This document shows positions 60,921 through 64,000 of a stretch of 64,000 nt of DNA, one piece after another. The DNA is taken from positions 62,001 through 126,000 of the forward strand of contig JALDZS010000037.1 in NCBI GenBank assembly GCA_022813965.1, written 5' to 3'. Numbering within the stretch: position 1 is the first letter of the stretch; each line of letters opens with the position of its first letter. The stretch is from Toensbergia leucococca. Taxonomy: Eukaryota. The notes beneath the pieces are model-generated. The model did not search any database and had not been told where the DNA came from. It was given only the letters and a program-made list of their open reading frames with translations. Position numbers and translations under genes: made by a program.

Positions 60921-61369
60921 TCATTCGCCTTTTCTTGCTTTTTCCTCCGCAGCTATTTCCTCACTCTGATCCTCCTTCATGGCTACTATGATGTATGCTA
61001 CCAGGACAACATTAGCCATGACAGCTGCAGTAGCTCCTGCGAGGGTTGAATTTCCTGACTCAGGTTCAGTATGTGATATGTTCAAACAAGATGGACCATA
61101 GATACAGACCACGAAAAACCAGGTTCACGGTCAAAAAATATGTTCCAATGGGTCCTCCTATCATAGCTGCCGTGAAACCTAAGAGCTTGTATATCACAGC
61201 TCTAGAAGATCTAAATATTAATGAAATGAACAAGAGGAGGAAACATAAGAACTCACGCTGGCACAGCAGGGGCTATATCCGACTTCTCTGATGAACTTGG
61301 ACTAAGAGCATTCCTATCATCTTTTTCCAATATACCCTTCTCATTTGATAATATTCTTCGTGAAGTCAT
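60921..61369 (-). CDS. VMA21: V-ATPase assembly factor Vma21, 3 exons
   Basis: SDIAPAVP|..[46 protein letters not shown] and a basic C-terminus (RKGE). Confidence 0.88.
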
Positions 61370-61431
61370 GTTGAGTTGGAGAAATTCATGTATGAGGACA
61401 ATGACTGATGACGATAAGTAGGTAGCCAGAG

Positions 61432-61454
61432 CGCGTCTCTTTCATTCCACGCGT
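61432..61454. promoter_or_regulatory. MCB-like elements in the VMA21/FUN30 divergent promoter
   Basis: CGCGT at 61432 and ACGCGT at 61449. Confidence 0.4.
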
Positions 61455-61723
61455 AGGGCGTAAAGTGTTCTCGCTTGCCACAATTCCCATTTCAACTTCG
61501 ACTGCAAGCCTTCTCCTCCTAGACTATGTCAAGAATTTCAGGTCTTTTATGATAAATCATATCTCCTGTAGAGTCGATTGCTTGTGTTAGAAGCCTTGTG
61601 TGATTCTTCTATCGTTGTCAATACCGGTCCAGCCCCCCCCCTGCACTTGGTGGTCTGCTTGCGTCAATTGATTTCGCAATTCGTTGATTGTGCGCGAGGT
61701 ATCAACATCAAGGGCATCTCAGT

Positions 61724-64000
61724 ATGGATTCTGTACAAGATACGCCAGCGAAGAGAAGGAAGACTGAGACGGGGCATATAAATGAGAGTCAGGCATACAA
61801 CTCGCAGGATGATAGTGGCGACGATCTGTTTAGAGGCTACGAGACTGTGGCCACAATACCTTTACGCAGAAAATCTTCGACTCCGTCTAGTCCTGCTATT
61901 GTGCGCTCGTCTCCACCATCACACATAACGCAGCCAACTCAGCTTATCAACAGATATACTCAAAGACTGGACCCTACCAGCCCGCAACCACCCATCGTAC
62001 AAGTGGCAGCATCTTCACCCCTAGTAACCCGGGTTACCCCATCCCCATCACCTGCAACTGCAAAACAGCCTGGTGGGCTGCTTGCGAAGGCTCTTGCACC
62101 AGCCGGCACAATGTACAGGCCTCCTATGGGTGCTCCAAAGCCTCCTGCGATTGTTGATCTCAGCGATGACGAGGGGCCCACGTACCGTGGAGAACCCTCG
62201 GATGAAGAATCTCAGAGAACCCATATGGCAGACATCAAGCCATCCACTTTCATACAAAAGGCCCAAAGATCTCTTGGAGGCGAAAAGAATCGTACGCAAG
62301 ATTCGACGAACGATGGTTCGAAACGTTTTCGGGAGATCACGTCGAATTCATTTTACAAGCCTCTAGAAAAGCAGGGAAGCAAAGTTCCAGGCTCAACGTT
62401 GTCTGGTTCAGTCTATGACTCCCGAAATAGGGATGACAAGGTTACTTCGTCCAGAATAAACGCTCCTGCCAAGAGATCCGCCGATGTTATGGCGAACTCT
62501 TATGGAAACCCAGGCAGAATAGCTAGGCAAGATCGCCAGACAGGCCCTGCCAAGGCCCGACCAGTACGAGAAATCTCCATCGACGACATTGAAGACTTCC
62601 AGCTAAAAAAGAAAGTCATGCGCATGCGAGAGATTTTACCAAAATACTCTGTGGTAACGTGCCGCAATGCACTTCTAAGTAAAAAGGCCAATTTCGAGGA
62701 CGCTATGGATCTTCTCATATCCCAGGAAACCCAACCTCCTGAGGTTGATCTTACCCTATCGGATAGCGATCAGCCGTTAACTAAAACCCCGATACAGGAA
62801 AAGCCTTCAGCTAAACAGAAGCTCAAAGCTCCCAACAAGTCAATTCAGGAGAAGTGGACAGCTACCCAATCTTTTCCTAGAAATGTGCCGTCTCCAACGC
62901 CGATAATAGTCAACCCTCCAGAAAAGAAGAAGAGGCGACTAGTCCAAGGTCGAAGGAAGGTCTCGTCCCCTGTTGTCGAGAGACCAGTGCCAGCCTCGTC
63001 TCCTCTGCAGCGAGATCGAACTCCAGATTCTGACGATGACTCTGATTCGGCTATAGAACTTGAATCTGAGGAAGATACCGAGTTGAAGGGCAAGGTACTG
63101 AACTTTCTCAATACCTGTTCTATTCTCGATCTTGCAGACACTGCGGCAGTAACCGAAGATGTTGCAACTGTTTTACTATCGCAGAGGCCATTTCAAGACC
63201 TAGACGAAGTGAGGCAAGTTTCAACCGATGTTCCGGGTGCGAAACAGAAGAAAACGACTAAAAGATCCTGCGGTGACAAGGTTGTTGAAAAGTGCCTTTC
63301 AATGTGGGCAGGCTACGAAGCAGTTGATGAGCTTGTTCGGCGATGTGAGGATTTAGGAAAGCCAGTGGCTGAGGAAATGAAGAAATGGGGTGTTGATGTA
63401 TTCGGAGCTTCTAAGGGAGGTGAGCTCGAACTCGTCACATTTGACCAATTCAGCAACGACGGAGTACCAACTTCAACACGAGATTCTGGTATCGGCACGC
63501 CTAGCAGCGTAATTTGGTCTGGTGACGAGGGTGGTGATGGTGATAGGAAAAAGGGCAGTGGTCTTCGTACTACCCAGAATAATTCAATTTTCTATCCACA
63601 GCCTCCAAGCATGGGTGAAGGGATCATCCTCAAGGATTACCAAATCGTCGGAATTAATTGGCTCTCTCTCTTATATGAGAAGCAATTGAGCTGTATTCTG
63701 GCCGACGATATGGGTCTTGGGAAGACGTGCCAAGTCATTGCTTTTCTTGCTCATCTCCTAGAGAAAAACATCAAAGGGCCGCATCTAGTCGTTGTTCCTG
63801 GTTCAACGCTGGAGAATTGGCTGCGAGAATTCTCCATCTTTTGTCCCAAATTATCGGTCATGCCCTACTATGGTAAGTTCATTACACGTTTGTGTGTCTT
63901 GGATTGGGGATTCTAACATGTCTTATGATAGCCAACCAAAAGGATAGGTTTAGCGTTAGAGAGCAAATCAAAGACAACCTAGACACCATCAACGTAGTAG
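61724..64000 (+). CDS. FUN30: SNF2-family chromatin remodeller, Fun30/SMARCAD1-like; runs off the window end
   Basis: CUE-like segment, LKDYQIVGINWL, ILADDMGLGKTCQVIAF and HLVVVPGSTLENWLREF. Intron at about 63872. Confidence 0.85.

Noticed and set aside
15333..64000. Apparent cluster of chromatin/DNA-maintenance genes (LSD1-like, MPH1, TOP1, BAH-PHD, FUN30)
   Set aside because: They are spread over about 48 kb among unrelated housekeeping genes, with no evidence beyond chance.

Overview
Gene-dense, intron-containing DNA from a filamentous ascomycete (Pezizomycotina); the taxon is inferred from short GT-AG introns with CTRAC-type branch sites and from gene content. About 27 protein-coding genes can be reconstructed by eye. 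Most are housekeeping: ERS1/cystinosin, HEM12, FCY1, YDJ1, creB, an LSD1-like demethylase, CAP2, MPH1, MDE1, calnexin, MMSDH, ATP3, TOP1, a NAD-dependent epimerase, a BAH-PHD reader, a CBS protein, a mitochondrial phosphate carrier, a DUF3602 protein, a sucrose/alpha-glucoside transporter, G6PD, RPL33 (absent from the ORF track), a DUF2406 protein, VMA21 and a 3'-truncated FUN30. There is also a small F-box-like island at 31.6-36.7 kb and an orphan gene at about 8 kb. No tRNA, rRNA, CRISPR array or transposon could be supported. The most striking unexplained signal is a series of roughly 11 short (1-2 kb) islands where the + strand switches from C/A-rich to G/T-rich, always in that order and regardless of gene orientation. 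The skew appears strong enough to rewrite synonymous codons and even conserved amino acids. All exon boundaries and compositional calls were read by eye, not computed.
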